A stretch of 60,114 nt of DNA, the filler included, from Squatina squatina (Eukaryota), in assembly GCA_031763465.1 (NCBI GenBank). It is 3 parts of 3 records of this genome, joined end to end, with 100 filler letters (N's around TTAATTAATTAA, not from the genome) between each part and the next. Parts side by side here need not be neighbours in the genome. Positions count along the whole stretch, not along the records: positions 17,236 to 45,841 come from JARFOE010000073.1; 2 more parts are not named here. One strand, written 5' to 3'. Position 1 is the first letter of the stretch; the number at the start of each line of letters is the position of its first letter. The translations under genes and the position numbers were made by a program. The notes beneath the pieces were generated by a model. The model searched no databases. It saw nothing but the letters and a program-made list of their open reading frames with translations, and was not told where the DNA came from. Shown in pieces: positions 23,496 through 34,715 of this stretch.

Positions 23496-25319
23496 NNNNN
23501 NNNNNNNNNNNNNNNNNNNNNNNNNNNNNNNNNNNNNNNNNNNNNNNNNNNNNNNNNNNNNNNNNNNNNNNNNNNNNNNNNNNNNNNNNNNNNNNCCCAC
23601 ATAGGGGAAAGAAAAATCTACTATTCAGTTACCATTTATCCTATCCACTTTCAGAAAGGTTTCAGAGATTTTTGGATGAACAAAACTTATAAATTTGCAC
23701 TGTTATGTATTTTTCAGTGAACCTTAGCCACAATTATAGTTTCTTCAGTCCAAGCAGCACTCCAGTGAAATCTGAGTCAGAGAGCACAAGGCACAATATT
23801 TCAATGTTCAAACAGAGACAGCATACAAGAAACTAAAGAAAATGCAACAAGGAGAAAGACAGAATATAATGACAGCAAGATTTTTTTTAATGTCACTCTA
23901 GCAGAGACAAATCAGAACTGACAAATCATAAAGTCCAGCACACAGGATCTGTAACTGCCCAAGTTGGACTTTATTTCATTATCTTTATAAACATGCAAAA
24001 TGCAATTATTTTTGTTCAAAAGCTTTTATTTTCAAGATAAACAAGCATTACTTACAAACTGTTTGCAGATAAGGAAATACAGACAACCCAACAATGACAC
24101 TGCGTGGTTGCTTGTCACTATCTATCTTGCGTACTTGCAGTTGCTAGAAAGTTGCAAATTGTGGCCAGGATATCTGGCAGCGGCTGGGTTAGAGCTATGC
24201 AAACCATCAAGTGGAAAAACATATTTCTGCCTGTACAGGCGAGCTCATGCTTAGAGTGTACCGAGTCAGAGAAAAATGCAACTGGTCACGGTCACCGCTG
24301 CTGCTGCCTTGAGGACCCTAGGAAACTTGCCACAGGTCCACAGCACACAAGATCAGGAAGAAATCATCCACCTCCTTGCCCANNNNNNNNNNNNNNNNNN
24401 NNNNNNNNNNNNNNNNNNNNNNNNNNNNNNNNNNNNNNNNNNNNNNNNNNNNNNNNNNNNNNNNNNNNNNNNNNNNNNNNNNNNNNNNNNNNNNNNNNNN
24501 NNNNNNNNNNNNNNNNNNNNNNNNNNNNNNNNNNNNNNNNNNNNNNNNNNNNNNNNNNNNNNNNNNNNNNNNNNNNNNNNNNNNNNNNNNNNNNNNNNNN
24601 NNNNNNNNNNNNNNNNNNNNNNNNNNNNNNNNNNNNNNNNNNNNNNNNNNNNNNNNNNNNNNNNNNNNNNNNNNNNNNNNNNNNNNNNNNNNNNNNNNNN
24701 NNNNNNNNNNNNNNNNNNNNNNNNNNNNNNNNNNNNNNNNNNNNNNNNNNNNNNNNNNNNNNNNNNNNNNNNNNNNNNNNNNNNNNNNNNNNNNNNNNNN
24801 NNNNNNNNNNNNNNNNNNNNNNNNNNNNNNNNNNNNNNNNNNNNNNNNNNNNNNNNNNNNNNNNNNNNNNTTACAGTAGTCACTCTCCTACAGAGCCTTT
24901 GAACAATTTTTTTTACTCCTACCTAATAATATTGTCCCTCTATATTCAGGACAGTTTATAATACAATCTTGCCAGGTAAAATGAGCAGGCTCATTTCCTA
25001 TATCTTTACCAGCATTAATGCACATTATATTGCATATTCTAACAAAGTTGCTAGTTTCTTCACTGGGATTTTGCCTGTCACCAAATAAATAAACCCATTT
25101 AGAGCTGTATCAGATCGGTTTAATTGTGCCTATAATCGGACTCCAACGAGCTCATTTTCTTTATATTTCTGTCCATTCATCCAGAACCTTCACAGCTTAC
25201 AGCAACACACATACTCTAATCTGCATTCGTACTGATTAATGGCCCTTAAAAAAACATTTTCAGCCTTCGCCCCAGCAAATAAACAACATTGTACAACCCA
25301 ATTCATATTAGAGCAAAGT

Positions 25320-25657
25320 AAGCGGGCGAACACCCTGGAAAGAATGGTGGATGGTGCAATTCTCCGAGTGGAAAAACATCAAAGACGGTTCCTCCATGAC
25401 CACACACAAAAAAAGTGGCATACCGAACNNNNNNNNNNNNNNNNNNNNNNNNNNNNNNNNNNNNNNNNNNNNNNNNNNNNNNNNNNNNNNNNNNNNNNNN
25501 NNNNNNNNNNNNNNNNNNNNNNNNNNNNCATGTATCACCTGCTCCACCTGCGGCCGTGTCTGCGATTCCTGCATTGGACTATTTAGCCACCTCAGAACAC
25601 ACAACTCCGGAGTGGAAGCAAGTCCTCCCCGTAGCCGAGGGACTGCCCAAGAAGACT
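25320..25657 (+). mobile_element. RTE-clade LINE 3' end (split by a gap)
   Basis: C-terminal C2H2-like CSTCGRVCDSCIGLFSHLRTH, followed by a short 3' UTR ending gagggactgcccaagaaga. Confidence 0.7.
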
Positions 25658-27577
25658 GTTAACTTGTACTTGAAATGTCCACCCGGTTGCCTAAAATTTG
25701 ATTTTCCAATTACTTTTTAAGAGAAACATAATTCAGGGATCAGATTACAGGTGTCCCCCAAAAAGGATTCACAGTATCCACTAATTTTTAAATATATATT
25801 TAAAATATGCTTTTTGCATTACTAGCATTTAGCAATGGCACATATATACTGTAAACAGTGCCCTTAAAAAAGAGGCAATTTCATTTTTACCTGGTTTAAT
25901 AAAAAATGAAATTTAGCCACAATGCACCTAAATTGACCTATATTTCACTCAATACAACAGTAATATCCATCAAAAATGCATTTAGCAAGTCACAGCATAG
26001 TGTTTTTGTACAACTAGCAATATTCCAAGATGTACTTAGAGCCAACCTCACAGTTCAACTGTTAGATGTGCAAAATGTTTGAATGAAATTGCAACATACC
26101 TTTTCAAAAGGTCATTTGAAAGAGACTGATGATTTATTTCATTTTTCATAACTTATTTTGATACACTATGAACTTAAACTATAATATTTCTAGTCAATGC
26201 AAAGTATTGTGTTTACATTTACCAAAGACATCTGCTCACTGCATTGCCTTTACTACTTTCATCATGTTTTCCTCCTGTCAGTACTTTCAACAGTTAATAT
26301 GGATCAGAAGGAAAAGCACAGGACTAAACTGCAAAACTTGCTCTTTTAATTCAGTGTACTAAATCAATACTCTTTTGAATAATTAACTTGCATTTTTGAG
26401 ACATAGGGCACAGTATCTCCAAATTAGTGCAATACTTACTGTTAGTGCACAAACTCATCAACCAAATCACCAAAATCACAAGCCAGAATTGCTCTAGTGG
26501 TAAATGTATCAGTTTACATAACAAGAAATACTATTGTTAAGCTACTGTCATGTTCAGCACAATGCATCACAGGAAAACTAAAGGCAGCAATACGTTTCCT
26601 TGCAAGATGTCGTTTAGCCTACACAAACCAAATGAAAAAAGGTCACACTGCCAGCTTCCTCCACAAGGTAATTTTGACTCAGTCTGACGCACAGAAAGTG
26701 ACTCCTCCAGTTACATAGCATTTCTCCACCAATTTCTAAAGATGGTATCACTTTATTGGCCTATGAGACTATTGTTTAAAAAAGCTATGTACTATACCCT
26801 TTGATGTACTACTCACTTACTAAAGTTAATTCATAACCACAAACAAGTTAATGTGCACACTATGAGTTACAGCATTCAAACAAAAAGGAGTCACTGATGC
26901 TGTTCTATCTGAAACTATCTTTCATAGCTGGTTGCACACCACAACATACCTGAATGAGTAAATGTGAATTCAGGCATTGTAATTGTACTAAAATACCAGG
27001 AAATTCTTTTTGTTATAATTTTGAGAACTCGTATCCCAAAGACACGTGTATTCCAGATGGTCTGTTGTGATCTGCTGCCAAAACATTCCCTCCATTGTTG
27101 AGAATCTTGGCTGCCTTCCAGATCTGAAACTTCCGGACTCAGAAGTTGTCANNNNNNNNNNNNNNNNNNNNNNNNNNNNNNNNNNNNNNNNNNNNNNNNN
27201 NNNNNNNNNNNNNNNNNNNNNNNNNNNNNNNNNNNNNNNNNNNNNNNNNNNAGGCTGTCACTTTAGACTGCTGTCGGACAGAACTCTGAAGAGGGTTTTT
27301 TAAATGAAGCCCTGCCAGGTTGCCGGCCTTGCTGGCTTCTTCTTATGCTATTGGTCATGCCCTCACCCATCCCACCAGCCCGTTAATATCGGGGCCGTTT
27401 TCTTTCTAACAGAAGTTATCTAATAGCAATTTTGGAGTCCTGTCCTTCCAAAGAAAGGCCTTCATAACAGTATTAACATGGAAAATCATCGAGGTGGAAA
27501 TGTTACTGTGGGGGGGATAAGAGCAGCTTCAAAAGCATTTAACTTTGCCATTGTAATTCTGGCAGCAGCAGGAGAAA

Positions 27578-27940
27578 AATCATAAAATCGTACAGCAGAG
27601 AAGAAAGCCATTCAGCCCATTGTGCTTGTGCTGGCTCTTTGAAAAAGCCATCCAATTAGTTCCGCTTCCCTGTTCTGTCCCCATGGCCCTGCATTTTATT
27701 CCTTTTCAAGTATATATCTAATTCCCTTTTGAAAGTAAATGTTGTATCTGCTTCCACCACCTTTTCAGTTGGTGTATTCCAGATCATAACAACTCATTGC
27801 ATTAAAAAAAAATTCTCCTCATCTCGCCTCTGGTTTTTTTGTCAATTATTTTAAATCTGTGTCCTCTGGTTACCGACTCTCCTGCCAGTAGAAACAGTTT
27901 CTTCTTATTTACTCTATCAAAACCCTGGCTGGTGCTTACT
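27578..27940 (-). mobile_element. CR1 LINE 3' end
   Basis: GFDRVNKKKLFLLAGESVTRGHRFKIIDKKTRGEMRRIFF plus a 3' tail (atgggctgaatggc). Confidence 0.85.
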
Positions 27941-30137
27941 NNNNNNNNNNNNNNNNNNNNNNNNNNNNNNNNNNNNNNNNNNNNNNNNNNNNNNNNNNNN
28001 NNNNNNNNNNNNNNNNNNNNNNNNNNNNNNNNNNNNNNNNCTGCTCCCAACTCTGCTCAGCTCTGACTGATCATCCAGTGGATTATCCAGTGGAACTTGT
28101 GTCTGCATGGATGCCAAGTGAGCACAGGATCTCCTCCCCATGGCCAAATAACCTGCTGAGACACTTTGTCATGAAGACTGGCAACATGGATAAAAAGCTA
28201 GAAGCATGAATTAGCTCCAGCAGGAGCAGAGTGCGAAAAAATTGAAGGAAAACAGGACAATAAGTAACCAAGGATGAATTCCAGGTGTGTATGGGGCCCC
28301 TCATGCTGTTCATCTACATACTGACTAGAAGCCAATTTGGAACTGTGTACAGTGCTGTGCTCCATACCTGACTGCCCATTAATTCTCTGTGCATCCCAAG
28401 TGATCTTTGTTTATGGTGGTAAGGTAATGGATAAGCCGTACTTTGTGAATATGTACAATGCCTGTAAGCAAACTGATATTGCATTTGAGGTGCATCCAGG
28501 AACACTAATTGCACCTTTACGCTGAACATGCATGTTTATTCTTCTTCTCCTGTTTGCAAGTTGAACATTTGTAAGAGAAATTAACACACATTGGGTACAA
28601 TTTGATTCTTAGGGTGTAGCAAAGGCATTTAGTATTGCCTATCATCACGTCCGAATCCGGAATGACTTCCTGAAGGTTGTGGACAGTGGTATGCTGTGGC
28701 TGTATAGTGAAGCACCAAACATCGAGACTGCAATCACCTACCTGGCGGAACCTATAACTAGATGGGTATTACATTTACTTCACTCTCCAGGCTCTTGCGG
28801 GTAGCTTAGCAGAACATAACTGTTCTTTTAGAACATACAGCACATAACAGGCCCTTCGGCCCACGATGTTGTGCCGAACCTTTGTCCCAGATCAGAAAAC
28901 AAATNNNNNNNNNNNNNNNNNNNNNNNNNNNNNNNNNNNNNNNNNNNNNNNNNNNNNNNNNNNNNNNNNNNNNNNNNNNNNNNNNNNNNNNNNNNNNNNN
29001 NNNNACTAGCTGAGGGCTTGGAGCATGACTCCTATTTTTTCACCTCTGAAATTGCTCAATGTGTGGACTGAGGGTTAATAAAATGGGATTCATATCCCGA
29101 ATGACATTGAGTGTAAATTGAGGTGCTCCTTGACCATTTGTGTAATTTGTTTCCCGTACCCATGGGCTATGCTGTGCTGTGCTATTTTATGCAGAGGTCA
29201 TGGCAAGTGAGTCACTTTGGTGCATGTTTTGTGTTGTGAAAAGTAGCAACGTTTTTTCCTGGAAAGAATTGAATCTATTATTGAAACAGTTTTGGTAAAG
29301 CTATAGAACCATCTTCCTTTTTTGTATTGCATAATTTGTAAAAGCACAATATTCAGTTTACATAATAAATCACTTGCAATATTGATAGCATGTTTAAAAT
29401 TGAATATCCGCAACTGTACTCCACACTAGCCTAAATAGAATGCTGTGATATTAGTGTACAAATGCTTTATGTTTTCACATGAAACTATCTGTTTTTAGCA
29501 GAGACATTAATCCGTTCTAATAATTTCACACAAGTCTTTCAAGTATTATGTTATACAGCACAATTTCTCAACTCCATTTTCTAAGTTTAATGACTATCAC
29601 TTAGTTCTATAACTCATTTTAAATTCTACTTTGAATATTGATGTGTCTCCATTGGCTTTTGTAACTAGTTTAAAAAAGATAATGTTCTGCATTAATCATT
29701 AATCTTAAAATAAGTTATTCCTCATAATGTGGATGTTATTTTGATAAAAATTAGAGGGAAAATGTATTGGGAAATGTGAAATTCATTTTAGTGATTGTAA
29801 ACTAACCCTGTGCTTAGAATCTGACCATTATTGGTTCCTTCGGGCTCTCTCATACAAGTTACCTTTGCAGTCAATCACTACCTTCAGAAATTGAGTTCTA
29901 TTGATATTTTTTCTCTAAACATATGTACAACTATTCAGATATTATTTTCGTTCTCACACTCTCACACATATGCACGCACTCACACACTCTCTCTCGGCAA
30001 TGGGCAAAAATTTGAAAAGGATTTTAAAAAAGTAACTCATTTAATTTTGTATTGCTGGCTAAATATATGGAACAATTAATTGCAAGACCTCAAACCAAGT
30101 TTGAGTGTTATTCAGCACCTTTATTTTCTGCTTGCAG

Positions 30138-30194
30138 ACTTCAGTCAACGAGAGCCTTCAGAAGGAGTCACAGAAGAAAAAAATGATGAAGCAG
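30138..30194 (+). CDS. NSRP1: NSRP1 (CCDC55) small internal exon
   Basis: cttgcag| acceptor and CAG|gtac donor, 57 nt in phase 0. TSVNESLQKESQKKKMMKQ versus human TSVSESLQREAAKKQAMKQ. Confidence 0.9.
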
Positions 30195-30442
30195 GTACAT
30201 TTCTGTTCAAACTTTTCAAAGCATCATTTTTAGCCTACGTGAAAATAACGTATTTATTTATCAATTTTAAATGAATCCATCTGTAATGAATTCTAATTAT
30301 TTCAGTCAATCTTCAATGCAACTAGTATCCTTATAGAAATTCNNNNNNNNNNNNNNNNNNNNNNNNNNNNNNNNNNNNNNNNNNNNNNNNNNNNNNNNNN
30401 NNNNNNNNNNNNNNNNNNNNNNNNNNNNNNNNNNNNNNNNNN

Positions 30443-30648
30443 CTCCCAGTGCCACGTGCTAGCGAGAGTAGAAATAGGAAGATATATCAGATGAATACGT
30501 GGCTGGAGAGATGGTGTAGAGGGGAGGGATTCAGATTCCTGGGACATTGGGACCGGTTCTGGGGAAGGTGGGACCAGTTCAAACTGGACAGATTACACCT
30601 GGGCAGGACCGGGACCAATGTCCTCAGTGGGGTATTTGCTAGTGCTGT
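30443..30648 (+). mobile_element. CR1 LINE ORF1 esterase (SGNH-like) C-terminal fragment
   Basis: LPVPRASESRNRKIYQMNTWLERWCRGEGFRFLGHWDRFWGRWDQFKLDRLHLGRTGTNVL, with the DxLHL motif of CR1 ORF1 esterases. Confidence 0.85.
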
Positions 30649-31577
30649 CCAGAAGAACAATCCAGAAACTATCCTGATGAGATTGAGTGCAAAAATCCTG
30701 ATGTCATATCAAGGGGGTCCACGTCTGTGGATAAACTCAACCAAGTCCTAGATGCAGACAGTGACTTTGGAGTTGACAGTGATGATGACAACGAAACTAA
30801 AAATGGCCAAAAAAATTGGCTTCCAAGTCAGGAAAAGATGATGAGAGCTCGGAGATTAACGAAGAGAAGTCAAGAAGCCGTCAATACAGAAGGCACATCG
30901 AGTCTTCTAGTGAGGAAGAGCAAAGTCACCATCAACGCATGGGCCATTCAACTAAAGAAGGCAGAAGTGAGAAAAGCAAGAGCCACTCAAAGAGTTACAG
31001 AGATAAGGAAAAGAGCTGCAGGAGCAGGGAAGGTTCCAGCCATAAGGAGCACAAACATGAGAAGGAAAAACATAGAGAAAGAGATCATGGTAGAAAAGAG
31101 AGAGAACGAGAAAGATATAAGGATAGCAAAGATCAGAAGAGAATCAAGGAGGAAAAATCTAAAGATAAAGACTACAGCAGTGGAAGGGATGAGAGACACC
31201 GAAATTCCGGAGAGAGGCATAAAGAAAGAGATGAACAAGCGAGAGATGAAAAGCTCAAGGAACGAGAGCAAGACAAAGTGGAAAAGAATACAAAGGAAGA
31301 TGACAGAAGAAAGGAAGAAAAGTACAGAGAGCAAGACCAAGACGAGGGAAACCAGGACAAGGAGGCCCGTGAAGGGGAAAATGAAGGGGAACCCTATGAA
31401 AGACCTGATGAGAAATATGGAAGCAGTAATACAAGGGAAGATAGCTCCAGCAATACCTCAGAAAAAGAGAAGCCCAGAAAACGTGATCACAAGAGATCCA
31501 GATCTGAAGAAAAAGGAAGAGATGAAGAACGCAGTGTAGAAACCAGGAATAATGAAGATGAGGACAAGAGTCTTTAA
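30649..31577 (+). pseudogene. NSRP1: NSRP1 terminal exon (R/E/K/D/H-rich RS-like region), apparently disrupted: 5' end fused to CR1, frameshift at A7 30809-30815, 3' end running into antisense L2
   Basis: Frame +1 reads EEQSRNYPDE...LDADSDFGVDSDDD (compare human EEKSRG...PDADSDFD). The mixed-charge region continues in frame +3 (ORF 30816-31577). The conserved KFAKR...SARDRYLARQ terminus is absent. Pseudogene versus assembly error is unresolved. Confidence 0.65.
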
Positions 31578-31750
31578 AGTTGATTCTTTGGAGCGCAAGA
31601 AACCAGTGAGGCAGGACTAGAAGACCAGCAATGGGGATGCACGCCTTTGTGTGGGCGAGAAGGCAGACTGCGGAATTCTGGATGATGTGCAGTTTATGGA
31701 GGGTTAGGGTTATCGGCAAACACAGCACAGTGGAATAAGGGTCTGGTTGC
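31550..31750 (-). mobile_element. Old L2 LINE ORF2 C-terminal fragment overlapping the NSRP1 stop
   Basis: Minus-strand translation TLHKLHIIQNSAVCLLAHTKACIPIAGLLVLPHWFLALQRINFK matches the L2 pattern LQxIQNxAARxLxxTK..HITPxLxxLHWLPxxxRIxFK. Confidence 0.7.
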
Positions 31751-31970
31751 AGTGGGGGAACAGGTAGAAGCAAACACCTCTGAACTGAAACATGGCTCTG
31801 TGCACAACGTATATGGGACAGTGGGCCGCTGAGAGAACAGAAGAAAAATCAAAACAGCAGGGTCAGACAGAATAAAGTAATTCATTTCAATTTACTCCGT
31901 TGGTTAAGAACCAATGAAAGTTCCAGTAGTACCCTGCTGTGACTTAACTCAGTCTTACTTTCTGGAACTT

Positions 31971-32333
31971 AGGGCTAGAAATTCATCTCCTGTTGCACCC
32001 CGTTAGTGCCTCTGAGGGGCGCTAATGGGATGTAACAGAAAAAAATGGCACCGGGGGGCGGCCATCTAACCTCGAGGGGAATTCAGCTGGTGCACACAGG
32101 CCTTTATGCCTGGCCAGCTGAATTCCGCGGCGGGTCAGTGCGTGACATCATAAAGATGCGTGCCGACCCTTACCGCGCAGCCGCAACCCTCTTTGCAGCC
32201 TGTTTGCGGCCCGTCTATGCACCTGCGGCTGCTGTCTTTATTTATTGGCCAACTTTGTTGTCGGTCGAGTGATGGCGGCCCACGGCCGTATCGGGCCACC
32301 ATATCCAATGGGGCACTTATGAATTTCGGCCTC
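31971..32333. mobile_element. GC-rich putative non-autonomous DNA transposon (MITE)
   Basis: Imperfect TIRs gggctagaaattcat and atgaatttcggcctc, with internal hairpin cccgttagtgcctc..gggcgctaatggg. Related left ends at 42161-42383 and 60052-60114. Confidence 0.6.
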
Positions 32334-33130
32334 CGAGTCTTTGACTAACTCTACTTTTAAAAACCTCTGCAAAACCCATTTCTTTGACTTAGCTTTCAGC
32401 CCCTATTCACTCCCGATTCTTGTCCTTCCTGATCCTGTGTCTGTTTTCCTTATCTTGGGACATTCTCAGTTAAAATTGCTATACAAGTGCAANNNNNNNN
32501 NNNNNNNNNNNNNNNNNNNNNNNNNNNNNNNNNNNNNNNNNNNNNNNNNNNNNNNNNNNNNNNNNNNNNNNNNNNNNNNNNNNNNNNNNNNNAAATGGTG
32601 TACTCACTTCCATCCTGCTGCCCCCATCTGACCATCCTTTCCCAGTCATCGCTAACAAACTACCTCAACACACACTACCACCCAAATGCGCACCACTGCA
32701 TCAACAAACCGAACCATGATTCTAAATTTACTCATTGCATACTAACTTTCGCAAAGCTAAATGAAACAATTAGCACCTTTGCTTTGTGATTTTTTTCTTG
32801 TCATCATGTACAAATGCTTTTTATGCAGACTGAACTATGTAAATTCCAAATTGATAAATGAATATATCAATCAATCTAATAAATTAATGCTATTCTGGCA
32901 GGGACCACCTGACTGGAGTACGTTAGGGAATTCATCACAGTGCAACTTGAAATTTCCTGTTTTCCACAGACCCTTGTAAAAGGAAGTAATTCATTTTCAA
33001 ATGTGAATATAATGTGCAGCACCTTTCTTGCGGAACTGCAGTTTACAAAGTGAAACCAGCTCCCCAAAATAGCAGGGTTTTTTTGCCCTATAAGGATGAT
33101 CTTCTATGGGACACAATAGGGAACAAAACC

Positions 33131-33243
33131 TTTCCTACCTTACAACAGTGACTACACTTCAAAAAGTACTCCATTGGCTGTAAAGCCTTTTAGGACGTCC
33201 GGTGGTCGTGAAAGGCACTATATGAATGCAAGACCTTTTCTTG
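33131..33243 (+). mobile_element. 3' tail of the same SINE family
   Basis: tacaacagtgactacacttcaaaaagtactccattggctgtaaagc...gtgaaaggcactatatgaatgcaag is the reverse complement of the tail at 11853-11955. Confidence 0.75.
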
Positions 33244-34489
33244 TCTGCTCATATTGGAAGCTTTGCAACCTCAACTACGTTGCAGTTTATTTTAAACAGG
33301 GCAGCTTAATTGCTATCTCTTTATCTTTGACTTAGGGGAGAGAGAACAAAGTGTTGTTGCTATCAGCTTGTCAGTGTATCAAGACTCTTTGTGTCAAAAA
33401 TAAAGTAAATTTACTCGAGAATGATTTCAAAAACTCCTCGCTGACTTCATGGGAAAATAAACTTTTTTAAAAAAAAGTTCTAAAATAAGATAGTTAAAAT
33501 ATTACGTTTATATTCTTGTGTTTTCAAAAGCAATGACAGAAGAAAAGAAAATTGCCATTTCACAGACTAAAGATCCTGTAAAAGTGAACTATGGTAAATG
33601 GGAATGAAGCGAGGATAAGTGCATGTGATTTTTGTCTGGTTATATACAAATTTGAGTCGTCAAAGTATTCACTCTAACTCATGGAAATGATCAACTTTAT
33701 TTAATAACCATGTAAAATAATATCAATAACTGTAGGCACATTTGCATAATACAACAATTTAGAAATATAATTTGCATACGTACAAANNNNNNNNNNNNNN
33801 NNNNNNNNNNNNNNNNNNNNNNNNNNNNNNNNNNNNNNNNNNNNNNNNNNNNNNNNNNNNNNNNNNNNNNNNNNNNNNNNNNNNNNATGCAATAAATGCT
33901 ATAATTCAGAAATACTACATAGGATTACACAGCTAGAAACAGGCCATTTGGCCCAACCAGTTTGTGCCAGTGTTTATACTCCACACAAGTCTTCTCCCAA
34001 CCAAATATAGTGTTGGTTCCCACTCTTTCCTGTTTAAGGCTGAAGCTTGACCGGGCGGTTGAGTAAATTGGGCGATAGTGAATCAGCAGCCGATTGTACA
34101 TTCCACACGATTTTCATTTACACTGGAAAGGCAATCAGANNNNNNNNNNGGTTTGATTTGTGAGACTCTCGTCACATTTTTCTGGGCCACTGACCTGTTT
34201 TGAGTAGTGCCCTCCCAAAAGCTGGTGTGACTGGTGCAACTCTAGAAGTTGAGTGAGGTTCAACTCTTTTTGCCTTCTTTCAGCTGACACCTTTTTGCTG
34301 CATTCTAACAAGTATATCTCCTGCAGTGCCTGCCAATTTCTTTTCCCCCTGCAGATCGCAATTAGCTCTATGATGCCTGAAATGTTTCAAGTTTGCAAAT
34401 GGGAAAATAGGGGCAGAATTTTCATTCGTCACTTCCAAGCTCAACTTCTCTTCAATACGCTGCTTGACAAACTCCAAATCAGCTAAAAC

Positions 34490-34715
34490 GCCACAGCCAG
34501 ATCTGATCCTGTACGAAGACCCACCCATCATCCTGCCCTCGCCAACCTCAACTGACTCTTCGTCCTCCGGTCAATTGCTTTCAAAATTCTTGTTCTGGTT
34601 TTGAAATATCTCCATGGCCTTATCTCATCCTCTGCAACCTTCTCCAGTCCTATGTCCCAGCTCAGGTTGTTCTGACTCTGGCCTTCTATGTATTCCTTCT
34701 TCTCTTTGCTCCATT
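34490..34715 (+). mobile_element. Degenerate L2 LINE 3' fragment
   Basis: catcatcctgccctcgccaacctc...ttcaaaattcttgttctggttttgaaatatctccatggcctt (FKILVLVLKYLHGL). Confidence 0.6.

Noticed and set aside
23298-23720. Poly-Gly and poly-Pro ORFs, G-quadruplex candidate
   Set aside because: They are produced by a G64 run abutting a gap, most likely a sequencing artefact.
24050-24260. Minus-strand gtaagt donor suggesting another SSH2 exon
   Set aside because: The two frames examined (phase 0 and 2) hit stops without an ATG or a good acceptor, and there is no SSH similarity.
30987-31360. Hydrophobic, membrane-protein-like minus-strand ORFs
   Set aside because: They are the antisense shadow of the purine-rich NSRP1 exon.
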